From a virus (Duplodnaviria; Caudoviricetes): a stretch of DNA of 50,203 nucleotides. The notes beneath the pieces were generated by a model that was given only the letters and a program-made list of their open reading frames with translations, searched no databases and was not told where the DNA came from. The position numbers were made by a program, and so were the translations under genes. Shown here one piece after another: positions 1 through 7,721 of the stretch (position 1 is its first letter; each line of letters opens with the position of its first letter). Location of the stretch: positions 1-50,203 of the IMG/VR virus record IMGVR_UViG_3300045283_000223; one strand, written 5' to 3'.

Positions 1-127
1 CGCCGCCGGCCACGGCATCTGGGCTGGCAAGGTGGGCAAGCTAATCCTTGACCCGCGCAAATCCCGAACCCTCTGGGACGCCCATCTCGAGGACCTATCC
101 AAACCCGCCGCCCGACAAGCCTGGACG
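1..127. repeat. Terminal direct repeat (copy 1), probably a circular assembly overlap
   Basis: 1-127 is identical to 50077-50203. The helicase ORF reads through the join, and 127 is a common assembler k-mer size. Confidence 0.95.
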
Positions 128-1192
128 GAATACTCCGTAGTGATGGATGGACTGGAGAAGGCCAAGTCCCTTGGCTACGTGCCATCGCAATGCCATCTCC
201 CCCACTCCCCTTCCCTTATCGACCGCAAATCCCTCCACCACGCCATGGACGAAAGGCCTTCCGACTATGCCGGACAACTCATCGACACCATCCTCACCAC
301 CTCCATCACCCATGCCTTTAACGGAGTCATCGACTTTAACGATCAGATTTACATGCCCGCGCTGTTCGGAGGCACATATCCGCGTTTCCCGCGAGTTATG
401 GTTGATGAGTACCAAGACCAGTCTCCTATTAACCACGCGATGCTTGCACGACTTGTCACCGGTCGCCTTATTGGAGTTGGCGATCCCTTACAAAACATCT
501 ACGGTTTCCGTGGGGCCAAAGCCGGAGGAATGTCCGCCGCTGTATCCACCTATTCCATGACCGAACTCCCGCTCTCGGTCAGCTTCCGCTGTCCACAGGC
601 CATCGTCGAAGCCGCGCGCTGGCGGGCACCGCATTTCCAATGGATCAAGGAGGGTGGCGATGTCACCGAAGCCAGCCGATACAATGGAGTGGATATTCCA
701 GACTCAGCCACCATCATTTGCCGCAATAACGCACCTCTCCTCGCTCTCGCCTTCCGTCTTCTCTCTGTGGGCCGGTCTGTGTCAATGGCAGGATCAGATA
801 TTGGACCAAAGCTCATCGGGATACTTCGAAAACTTGGTGACTCGGAGCTATCACGATCCGCAACTCTGTCTGCAATCGCCGATTGGGAAGAGCGGAAGGT
901 CATGGCGAATTCTAAATCTGCCCCCGACATGGCGAACTGTATGCGAATATTCGCGGAGCATGGAGACTCGCTGGGCGCGGCTATCTCTTACGCTGAACAT
1001 ATCTTTGCGCAGAAGGGGCAGATCAGGTTGATCACCGGCCACAAGGCCAAAGGCCTAGAGTTCGATAACGTCTTCTGGCTGGACCCGGACCTTTGCCAGC
1101 CCACCGAACAAGACGACAACCTTCGCTACGTAATCATCACCCGTTCGCAGAATAAACTCACCATCCTTAATTCCTCCTGCATTCGGTGGTAG
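1..1192 (+). CDS. UvrD/Rep-like SF1 helicase, C-terminal part (about 470 aa in total across the join)
   Basis: VMVDEYQD (Walker B), VGDPLQNIYGFRGA, LSVSFRCP, ICRNNAP, TGHKAKGLEFDNV, YVIITRS. Confidence 0.92.
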   Translation, partial: AAGHGIWAGKVGKLILDPRKSRTLWDAHLEDLSKPAARQAWTEYSVVMDGLEKAKSLGYVPSQCHLPHSPSLIDRKSLHHAMDERPSDYAGQLIDTILTTSITHAFNGVIDFNDQIYMPALFGGTYPRFPRVMVDEYQDQSPINHAMLARLVTGRLIGVGDPLQNIYGFRGAKAGGMSAAVSTYSMTELPLSVSFRCPQAIVEAARWRAPHFQWIKEGGDVTEASRYNGVDIPDSATIICRNNAPLLALAFRLLSVGRSVSMAGSDIGPKLIGILRKLGDSELSRSATLSAIADWEERKVMANSKSAPDMANCMRIFAEHGDSLGAAISYAEHIFAQKGQIRLITGHKAKGLEFDNVFWLDPDLCQPTEQDDNLRYVIITRSQNKLTILNSSCIRW

Positions 1193-1193
1193 G

Positions 1194-1469
1194 ATGGTGA
1201 TACAATACACCCGACTCCACGGCCACCCCTACGGCCTCGGCGTCACATGGCGCAACCGCCGAAAGCCCTGGCTGGCTAAACTCAAACGCAACCGCCGATC
1301 CATCAATCTAGGCTCCTTCTTCACCATCCGCGAGGCTAACGCCGCGGTTAACGAATTCCTGAGGACCGAACAACAATGTCCCTCCCCACCTCTCTCCGCG
1401 CCTACGAGGACTGCAAAAACCTCTACGACGCCGCCGCCGCCGACCCCAAGGGCGCCAGGGCCTGTCTAG
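1194..1469 (+). CDS. Stand-alone AP2-like DNA-binding domain protein
   Basis: GVTWRNRRKPWLAKLKRNRRSINLGSFFTIREANAAVNEF matches the AP2 pattern of phage HNH-AP2 proteins. The tail overlaps the next gene. Confidence 0.6.
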   Translation: MVIQYTRLHGHPYGLGVTWRNRRKPWLAKLKRNRRSINLGSFFTIREANAAVNEFLRTEQQCPSPPLSAPTRTAKTSTTPPPPTPRAPGPV

Positions 1470-1762
1470 GCACCTACGAATCCTGCGTGCAGATGCGAAC
1501 GCGCATGCATTACTTCCGCTCCCTCGACCGCCGAGCGAACGAGGACATTTACCCGAAGGGCCACCAGATGTGGGGAGTGTCGGCCTACGACGACTACTTC
1601 ATCCAGATCCAGCAAGATCAGGACCGGATGTTCTGGCTGTATATTCAACCGCGGTCTGCACGGGTCCTCTATGTCGAGGGGCTGTCGGAGGTTGGGGATC
1701 TGATCGACGTAGACAGCGAGGAAGTCCACATGATCGAAGACAAAACAGGAGGTTCCGCCTAA
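1376..1762 (+). CDS. Hypothetical protein
   Basis: GAGG SD upstream, typical codon usage, TAATG coupling to the next gene. Confidence 0.75.
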   Translation: MSLPTSLRAYEDCKNLYDAAAADPKGARACLGTYESCVQMRTRMHYFRSLDRRANEDIYPKGHQMWGVSAYDDYFIQIQQDQDRMFWLYIQPRSARVLYVEGLSEVGDLIDVDSEEVHMIEDKTGGSA

Positions 1763-2004
1763 TGCCCCCACGCCCAGACCCATCAACCTGGCTCCCACTC
1801 CTCCACCGAGCCCTGGCCGAGGAAATTGGCATCCGGTTCCGTCTCGCCGGAGTCCCTAGGGAATCCTTCCGCAATCGGCTATATGAGGCCCGGATCGCAT
1901 CTGGCGATCCCCGGCTGGAGGAGTTGATCATGTTCCTCCCGGCCACCCCGGAAACCCAGGACGAAATCTGGATCTGCAAGAAAGCAGTGGAGTTGGAGCC
2001 GTGA
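1762..2004 (+). CDS. Hypothetical protein (80 aa, MPPRPDPSTW...)
   Basis: AGGAGG SD and TAATG overlap at 1760-1764. Confidence 0.75.
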   Translation: MPPRPDPSTWLPLLHRALAEEIGIRFRLAGVPRESFRNRLYEARIASGDPRLEELIMFLPATPETQDEIWICKKAVELEP

Positions 2005-2150
2005 AACAGTTCCGTTTGTTACTCGCCGACTATTGTCTATGTTGGGCCTTATATTGGGCCGGTCGCCATTGGAGCAATCGTACCCTGCTAAACTTCGGCG
2101 CACTCATCACCAGCATCAGGAGCGACATGGATGCCCACCCTCCCCGATGA
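2001..2150 (+). CDS. Small hypothetical protein (49 aa, not in the ORF track)
   Basis: GTGA overlap with the previous stop, GGAG SD; fills the gap before 2131. Confidence 0.45.
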   Translation: MKQFRLLLADYCLCWALYWAGRHWSNRTLLNFGALITSIRSDMDAHPPR

Positions 2151-2334
2151 CCCGCTGCGGAAGGTGACGTTGAACCTGTACGAGGCCGACGTGGTGTGGT
2201 TTGAGCGCGTCTACGGCCAGGGCTGGACAGTTCGCATTCGCGACCATATCCACAATGAGGTGACAATTCGCAAGGAGCATAAGAATGCCATGGACATCAT
2301 CAACCGATCTCGCACTCTAGGAGACCTCTCTTGA
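2131..2334 (+). CDS. Ribbon-helix-helix protein, BrnA/CopG-like
   Basis: RKVTLNLYEADVVWFERVYGQGWTVRIRDHI resembles the BrnA-family RHH pattern (VTLRLD.DV..WFK..G.GWQTRIN..L); AGGAG SD. Confidence 0.6.
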   Translation: MPTLPDDPLRKVTLNLYEADVVWFERVYGQGWTVRIRDHIHNEVTIRKEHKNAMDIINRSRTLGDLS

Positions 2335-2621
2335 CCGACATCCTCGACTCCCCAGCCATCCCCCCACCATCCCCATCCGAGTTGGATGATTTAATCTCCC
2401 GCGACCCACTCGATCTCTCCGCACAGGACATCGATAAGATCATAGCCTATCAACGCCAACAACGGGCCTCCCGCGAAGCCGGGGTGAAGCCGAAGCGTGG
2501 CCAGCGAGCCGATGCACCGAAGGTGAGCTTGGACCTTGCGGCGTTGGGGCTGGTCACGACGAAGCCGAAGATAGTGGCCCCAACCACCGCCTCTCCATCC
2601 GGCTTCCGGAGGCGCTTGTGA
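2331..2621 (+). CDS. Hypothetical protein
   Basis: TTG start overlapping the previous stop, AGGAG SD, coupled to the nuclease gene. Confidence 0.7.
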   Translation: MTDILDSPAIPPPSPSELDDLISRDPLDLSAQDIDKIIAYQRQQRASREAGVKPKRGQRADAPKVSLDLAALGLVTTKPKIVAPTTASPSGFRRRL

Positions 2622-3655
2622 CCAACCTCGCAATCGCCGAAGACCACCTCACCACTGGCGTCCAATCACCATTCCTTCCCGGCACACAGATCCAATACGC
2701 TTGGGACAGCACCTCCCTCGGCCTACTCAAGACCTGTCCACGACTCTACCAGTACACCATGATCGACGGTTGGCAAGGCCGAGGTGAATCCGTCCACCTC
2801 CGCTTCGGGATCGAATACCACCAAGCCTTGCAGGACTATGCCGTAAGCAGAGCCAAAGGAGTGAAGCATGAAGACGCAATCCATGACACGTTACGGGCAC
2901 TACATAATCGCGTGTTTGATTGGGTGGTCGACCGTAACACTCGTGCTGGGCGTTATAAGAATCGTGAAACCCTCGTCGGCCTCGTCATCGACTATCTCGA
3001 CCACTTCATCGACGATCCCGCCGAAACCTTCATCCTCGACACCGGAGAACCTGCGGTAGAGCTCAGCTTCCGGTATGAGTTGGATTGGGGGCCCACACAA
3101 ACCTATCTAGACTACAACGACTTCAGTGAAGGCAGCCGCGCCACGCGCAAGCCATTGCCTAATGCCCAACCCTACCTCCTCTGCGGCCATCTCGACCGAG
3201 TGGTCAACTACCTCGGTGATCTCTACGTCATGGACCGAAAGACATCGGTGTCGACACTTTCCGGCTACTACTTCGACCAGTGGACCCCGTCGAACCAAAT
3301 GACGCTGTATTCGTTCGCCGGGAAGGTCATCCTGAAATCCCCAATCAAAGGAGTAATCATCGATGCCGCACAGGTACTCTTGGAGAAGCCTAACGCTTTT
3401 CAGCGCGGCTTTGCATATCGCAGCGATGACTACCTCACGGAATGGCTCGACGATCTCCGTTTCTGGCTGGCCCAAGCCGAACAGTTCGCCACCGCCAACT
3501 ACTGGCCCCAGAACGACACTGCCTGCTCCAAGTTCGGCGGATGCCAATTCCGCGAGGTGTGCTCCAAATCCCCCACCGTCCGAGAGCAATACCTGAAGGC
3601 CGATTTCGACAAGCAAGAGGAGAAGGACCGATGGAATCCCCTGCGCGCCAGATAA
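2618..3655 (+). CDS. PD-(D/E)xK exonuclease, Cas4/RecB-like with Fe-S cysteines
   Basis: KTCPRLY, FGIEYH, AVELSF, GHLDRV, VMDRKT, Q...Y motif, C-terminal CSKFGGCQFREVC. Confidence 0.88.
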   Translation: MTNLAIAEDHLTTGVQSPFLPGTQIQYAWDSTSLGLLKTCPRLYQYTMIDGWQGRGESVHLRFGIEYHQALQDYAVSRAKGVKHEDAIHDTLRALHNRVFDWVVDRNTRAGRYKNRETLVGLVIDYLDHFIDDPAETFILDTGEPAVELSFRYELDWGPTQTYLDYNDFSEGSRATRKPLPNAQPYLLCGHLDRVVNYLGDLYVMDRKTSVSTLSGYYFDQWTPSNQMTLYSFAGKVILKSPIKGVIIDAAQVLLEKPNAFQRGFAYRSDDYLTEWLDDLRFWLAQAEQFATANYWPQNDTACSKFGGCQFREVCSKSPTVREQYLKADFDKQEEKDRWNPLRAR

Positions 3656-3846
3656 GGACAATCTTTCCCCTCCTCAAAGCCCGCGTGGTCGACCGAACCC
3701 CCACCTCTTTCAAAATCGCTATCGGCGGATCCACCACCATTACCATCGAATGCAAAATGGCGATGTACGACATTCGCGACGGTGATCTCTTAACCCTTTA
3801 CACGGAGGTGTTACTTGCCACGCATAACGTATCTCAAGGAAATTAA
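3631..3846 (+). CDS. Hypothetical protein
   Basis: ATG 3631 after an AAGGA SD; beta-rich small ORF filling the gap. Confidence 0.55.
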   Translation: MESPARQIRTIFPLLKARVVDRTPTSFKIAIGGSTTITIECKMAMYDIRDGDLLTLYTEVLLATHNVSQGN

Positions 3847-4003
3847 TGGTGCCCTTTGGGCCCGGCTTGAACTAGACATGGCCATCACCGACGGGCCGGT
3901 TCATATCTTCACAGATAAGGAGATCCGTGAACTCAAAGACAAAGAGCGCAAGGCTGTATGGGCTGAGATCGAAGAAGCAACCAATAAGTGGAGCGATGAT
4001 TGA
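3815..4003 (+). CDS. Hypothetical protein
   Basis: GGAGGT SD before TTG; stop overlaps the ATPase start. Confidence 0.65.
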   Translation: MPRITYLKEINGALWARLELDMAITDGPVHIFTDKEIRELKDKERKAVWAEIEEATNKWSDD

Positions 4004-4827
4004 TGCCCAGCCTAGCCAACCACCAATCCAATGACTTCACCAAACTCCTTCTCAGCGGCGACTCCGGCTCCGGCAAATCCGGCGCACTAGCCTCCCTCGT
4101 CGCGGCCGATTACCACCTCCGCATCCTCGACATGGACAATGGCCTAGATTCGCTGAAGGCCTTCGTCATGAAAGACTGCCCCGACAAAGTCGACAACGTT
4201 GAATTCCGAACCCTCCGCGACAACTACAAGACCAACGCCGCTGGCGTCACCGTGGACAAACCCTCCGCCTGGGTCGCCATGATGAAGATGCTCGACCACT
4301 GGAAATACGACGATGTCGATCTCGGCAAGCCCAGCGAATGGGGGCCGGAATACATCGTCGTGATCGACTCCCTAACCTTCGCGTCCGACGCCGCGTTCAA
4401 TTGGGCCCGAGGGCTGAACCCAACCAGCAAGGACCCGCGGCAATGGTTCTACGCCGCGCAGCAGCAGGTGGAGTCGGCGTTGGCCTTGTTATTCTCCGAA
4501 TCCTTCCGCACCAACGTGATCGTGATGTCGCACATCCGCTATTCCCCCAACGACGACGGGACCACCAAGGGCTACCCGAACTCAGTCGGCTCCGCCATCG
4601 GCCCCACCATCCCGACCTACTTCAACCACTGGGCCCAATGCAACAACAAGGCCGGGAAGCGGACGATTCAAACCGCGGCCACGAATATGTTGGACCTGAA
4701 GAACAGCAAACCCTTCGAGATGCAGGCCACCTACCCCATCTCTACAGGATTGGCGGACTTCTTTGCGGTTCTTAGAGAACCACCCGCAAAGGCGAAACCA
4801 AAGGCTCTCACCCTGAAAAGGATATAA
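4000..4827 (+). CDS. Sak4/AAA_24-like P-loop ATPase (recombination)
   Basis: KLLLSGDSGSGKS Walker A, ILDMDNG, VVIDSLT Walker B, NVIVMSH; lies between an exonuclease and an SSB-like gene. Confidence 0.8.
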   Translation: MMPSLANHQSNDFTKLLLSGDSGSGKSGALASLVAADYHLRILDMDNGLDSLKAFVMKDCPDKVDNVEFRTLRDNYKTNAAGVTVDKPSAWVAMMKMLDHWKYDDVDLGKPSEWGPEYIVVIDSLTFASDAAFNWARGLNPTSKDPRQWFYAAQQQVESALALLFSESFRTNVIVMSHIRYSPNDDGTTKGYPNSVGSAIGPTIPTYFNHWAQCNNKAGKRTIQTAATNMLDLKNSKPFEMQATYPISTGLADFFAVLREPPAKAKPKALTLKRI

Positions 4828-4830
4828 CCC

Positions 4831-5103
4831 ATGATCAAACCAACCTGAGGACGCATTATGTGGTATTGGCCAGTCAAAGACCAGCGAGATGACCAGCCCT
4901 ATGCGGCTATTGTCACACATGTCTGGGATGACAACTTGGTCAACCTCTGTGTGTTCACTCCGAATGGTGTGCCGATCGCAACAACTTCCGTGCCAGTTGT
5001 ACAAGATGGTTCACCTTACATCATTGACGACTCACCCTACGTCGAATGGATGCCTTATCAGATCGGGCAGGCCAAGAAGCATGAAGGGGAGACGAAGGCC
5101 TAA
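4831..5103 (+). CDS. Small phage protein (MIKPT*GRIMWYWP...); in-frame TGA at 4846-4848, alternative start 4858
   Basis: QPYAAIVTHVWDDNLVNLCVF...EWMPYQIGQA resembles a phage family I recall beginning M.KPTxGR.VWY. Confidence 0.7.
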
Positions 5104-5300
5104 TGCACAACTCCCTCGCCATCAAGAACCTCGCCATTGCCCTTGAGGCATTGTCGAGAATCAACGCAGCGACCACGATGTACTACAGAGTGAAAGTGCT
5201 GCTCACCCACGAAGTCGATCAAGCAACATTGGAGAATGACAAAACCAGAGCACCAAAGGCACCACCACCCCGCAACTACGACGACGACATCCCCTTCTGA
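5103..5300 (+). CDS. Small protein with an SSB-type C-terminal tail (DDDIPF)
   Basis: TAATG coupling; ends PPPRNYDDDIPF. Confidence 0.7.
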   Translation: MHNSLAIKNLAIALEALSRINAATTMYYRVKVLLTHEVDQATLENDKTRAPKAPPPRNYDDDIPF

Positions 5301-5330
5301 ACCCCCCAACCAAAAGGCAAACCCAACCCA

Positions 5331-5819
5331 ATGGCAAAACCAGCCCCTCACCAATCATTCGAATCCATCCTCGACACCCCAGCCGATGATGTCGAACGCC
5401 CAAAGCCCCTCCCCATCGGCACCTACGACGCCATCGTCCACGGCCTATACGAAGAAGGCGTCTCCTCACAGAAGAAGACCCCGTTCGTTCAGTTCGCCTT
5501 TCTGATCCAATCCGCCGGCGACGACGTCGATGACACCGAACTCGGCGCGTGGGCAACCGGCAAAGACGGATCGATGCGCAACCTTGCCGGCACTGTCTTC
5601 AAGAACAACTCCACCAAGTTCTACACCACCCCCGACTCGATGTTCCGACTGACCGACTTCATCGGCCACTGTGGCATCGATCAGGAGGGGAAAACGGTGC
5701 GGCAATGCCTCGCCGAGACCCCAAACTGCTCGGTTCGAATCCAGATCATCCATACGGCTAGTCAAGATGGCGAACAGATCTTCGCCGAGATGAAGAAGAC
5801 CATGCCGGTCGAGGACTGA
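5331..5819 (+). CDS. Putative ssDNA-binding protein (DUF669-like)
   Basis: ERPKPLPIGTYDAIV...SSQKKTPFVQFAF; position in the exonuclease-Sak4-SSB module. Confidence 0.6.
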   Translation: MAKPAPHQSFESILDTPADDVERPKPLPIGTYDAIVHGLYEEGVSSQKKTPFVQFAFLIQSAGDDVDDTELGAWATGKDGSMRNLAGTVFKNNSTKFYTTPDSMFRLTDFIGHCGIDQEGKTVRQCLAETPNCSVRIQIIHTASQDGEQIFAEMKKTMPVED

Positions 5820-5823
5820 CCAC

Positions 5824-6057
5824 ATGACCTTCAAGCGATATCGACGAACGCAGATTGCCGAGATGCGTCCGTATCAACCAGATGAGATCCTCGACCTATC
5901 TGCTATCTCCATCTCTGCCGAGGACGTGAAGGCCGGCTCACCCAAAGTCGGTGACATGATCGCACGCAACCCCAAGAACCATCTCGATCAGTGGCTGGTT
6001 GCGTGGCAGTACTTCAATGACAACTTCGAACCGACCGGCGAGGACTGCTGGGATTAA
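5824..6057 (+). CDS. Hypothetical phage protein
   Basis: GAGGA SD; GSPKVGDMIARNPKNHLDQWLV...YFNDNFE. Confidence 0.75.
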   Translation: MTFKRYRRTQIAEMRPYQPDEILDLSAISISAEDVKAGSPKVGDMIARNPKNHLDQWLVAWQYFNDNFEPTGEDCWD

Positions 6058-6067
6058 CCTTTCCTCA

Positions 6068-6096
6068 CCCGGGCGCAAATGCCCGGGCCTTTTCTT
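6068..6096 (+). terminator. Putative intrinsic terminator
   Basis: CCCGGGC-gcaaat-GCCCGGG followed by CCTTTTCTT, right after stop 6057. Confidence 0.6.
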
Positions 6097-6109
6097 CTGG
6101 AGCCCACAA

Positions 6110-6505
6110 ATGGACATCACCACCCCACTATTCAACGTGAACCTACTCGAATTGGAAGATCAGGAGGCCGCCTATGAAGCCGAAGCATATGCCCCCACTC
6201 GATCGCGCACTGGCCAAACGGGCCTGGGTGGAAGGCCTATCAATCGGCTCCATTGCGAGGGCACTAAATCGGGACCACCGCACGATCTCCCGATTGATTC
6301 GCCAGACTACATCAACCACCCACCACACTACAACGCTCACCCCTCCGGCGTCGAGTGCATCACCATTACGGAATGGATGAACTTCAACCTTGGCAATGCC
6401 ATGAAATACATCTGGCGCGCGAATGACAAGGGCGCAACTATCGAGGACCTGAAGAAGGCTCAGTGGTATCTCGCACGGGAGATCGATCGATTGGGTCGAC
6501 TGTGA
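6110..6505 (+). CDS. DUF3310 (SaV / T7 gp1.7-like) domain protein
   Basis: DYINHPPHYNAHPSGVECI...FNLGNAMKYIWRA..KG..IEDLKKAQWYL; GGAG SD before ATG 6110. Confidence 0.85.
   Translation: MDITTPLFNVNLLELEDQEAAYEAEAYAPTRSRTGQTGLGGRPINRLHCEGTKSGPPHDLPIDSPDYINHPPHYNAHPSGVECITITEWMNFNLGNAMKYIWRANDKGATIEDLKKAQWYLAREIDRLGRL
6174..6380 (+). CDS. Helix-turn-helix protein nested out of frame in the DUF3310 gene
   Basis: AGGAGG SD; GLSIGSIARALNRDHRTISRLIR is a clear HTH pattern. Confidence 0.55.
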   Translation: MKPKHMPPLDRALAKRAWVEGLSIGSIARALNRDHRTISRLIRQTTSTTHHTTTLTPPASSASPLRNG

Positions 6506-7605
6506 CAAAGCCAATACTATTACTTGGAGAAAGTTGGGGCGAATATGAATCCCGTATCCGCTCCGCCTTCGTCGGCCCTTCGGGAATCGAACTCCTAAGG
6601 ATGCTCAACGATGCCGGAATTATCCACCTCACCTTTGCTGATCGTGACTACATCAACGAATTCTATCGATTCGGAGACCCTCGTGCAGTTGATTCGGTCT
6701 GGGGATTACATCCTGAGGTACGAAGGTCCAACGTGTTCAACATACACCCCCCTGCAAATCGACTCGAACACTTCTGCGGGCCGCGTGACCAAGGGATCAT
6801 TGGATGGGGTCCACTTCTCGCCGGCAAATACGTCCGGAGAGAGTTCGAGCCAGAGCTTGACCGGCTCGCTGACGAGATTCTGGGCATGGACCCTGATCTT
6901 ATCATCGCTCTCGGTAATACTGCTCTCTGGGCTCTTACTGGTCGAACGGGGGTTACCAAACTACGGGGTACCACTATGCTTAGCAGCCATACTGCTAGCG
7001 GCTATAAGTTGCTTCCTACCTATCATCCTGCCGCCGTCCTGCGGGAATGGCCCCACCGACCGACCACCGTCAGGGACCTGATCAAGGCCGGCCGCGAATC
7101 CGCCTTCCCCGAGATCCGCCGGCCGAAGTGTGAGATTTGGATCGAACCAACCCTGGAAGACATAAGGACCTTCATCGATGCACACATCAGAAACTGCGCC
7201 ATTCTTTCTGTCGACATTGAAACAAGCGGATCACGAATTACTTGCATTGGGTTTGCTCCATCACCAACAATTGGAATCGTCATTCCGTTTGATGACGAGC
7301 GTGCAGTTGGACGAAGCTATTGGCCGAATCAATCGGATGAGCGAAGTGCTTGGGAGCTTATACGCGGAGTGTTGGAATGTGATTCAATCCGGAAACTTTT
7401 CCAAAATGGGTTGTACGACATCGCCTTCCTCTGGCGGGCGTATGGGATCGGAGTGATGGGAGCAGTGCATGATACCATGCTCCTGTCGCACGCCCTGCAA
7501 CCAGAGTCCCTCAAGGGCCTTGGCTACCTCGGCTCGATCTACACCGATCACGGGGCTTGGAAATCAGAACGGAAACACGTGGAGACTATTGGGAGGGATA
7601 AGTGA
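6502..7605 (+). CDS. Uracil-DNA glycosylase-like domain fused to a 3'-5' exonuclease (N-terminal half of split PolA)
   Basis: LLGESWG..E....AFVGPSG, IIALGNTA, PTYHPAAVLR (UDG family 4-like); LSVDIET (ExoI), QNGLYDI (ExoII), HDTMLLSH; GTGA coupling. Confidence 0.88.
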   Translation: MTKPILLLGESWGEYESRIRSAFVGPSGIELLRMLNDAGIIHLTFADRDYINEFYRFGDPRAVDSVWGLHPEVRRSNVFNIHPPANRLEHFCGPRDQGIIGWGPLLAGKYVRREFEPELDRLADEILGMDPDLIIALGNTALWALTGRTGVTKLRGTTMLSSHTASGYKLLPTYHPAAVLREWPHRPTTVRDLIKAGRESAFPEIRRPKCEIWIEPTLEDIRTFIDAHIRNCAILSVDIETSGSRITCIGFAPSPTIGIVIPFDDERAVGRSYWPNQSDERSAWELIRGVLECDSIRKLFQNGLYDIAFLWRAYGIGVMGAVHDTMLLSHALQPESLKGLGYLGSIYTDHGAWKSERKHVETIGRDK

Positions 7606-7721
7606 ACGACGATGAACGTATCACCAAATTAGCGAAAGCAATCGATTCATTACAGGCTCCTTTATGGGCTCTTGTAGCAATAACATACTTCATTATGCTT
7701 GCATCTTGTGTTCACCACTAA
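7602..7721 (+). CDS. Small AT-rich membrane peptide (39 aa) between the polymerase halves
   Basis: GTGA overlap upstream and TAATG overlap downstream; MNDDERITKLAKAIDSLQAPLWALVAITYFIMLASCVHH. Confidence 0.55.
   Translation: MNDDERITKLAKAIDSLQAPLWALVAITYFIMLASCVHH

Noticed and set aside
2618-3655. CRISPR-Cas system suggested by the Cas4-like nuclease
   Set aside because: No repeat-spacer array or other cas genes; the context is a phage recombination module
4846-4848. Genome-wide TGA reassignment or selenocysteine
   Set aside because: TGA terminates many genes with ATGA/GTGA coupling, no suppressor tRNA is present, and the position is not a recognisable Cys site
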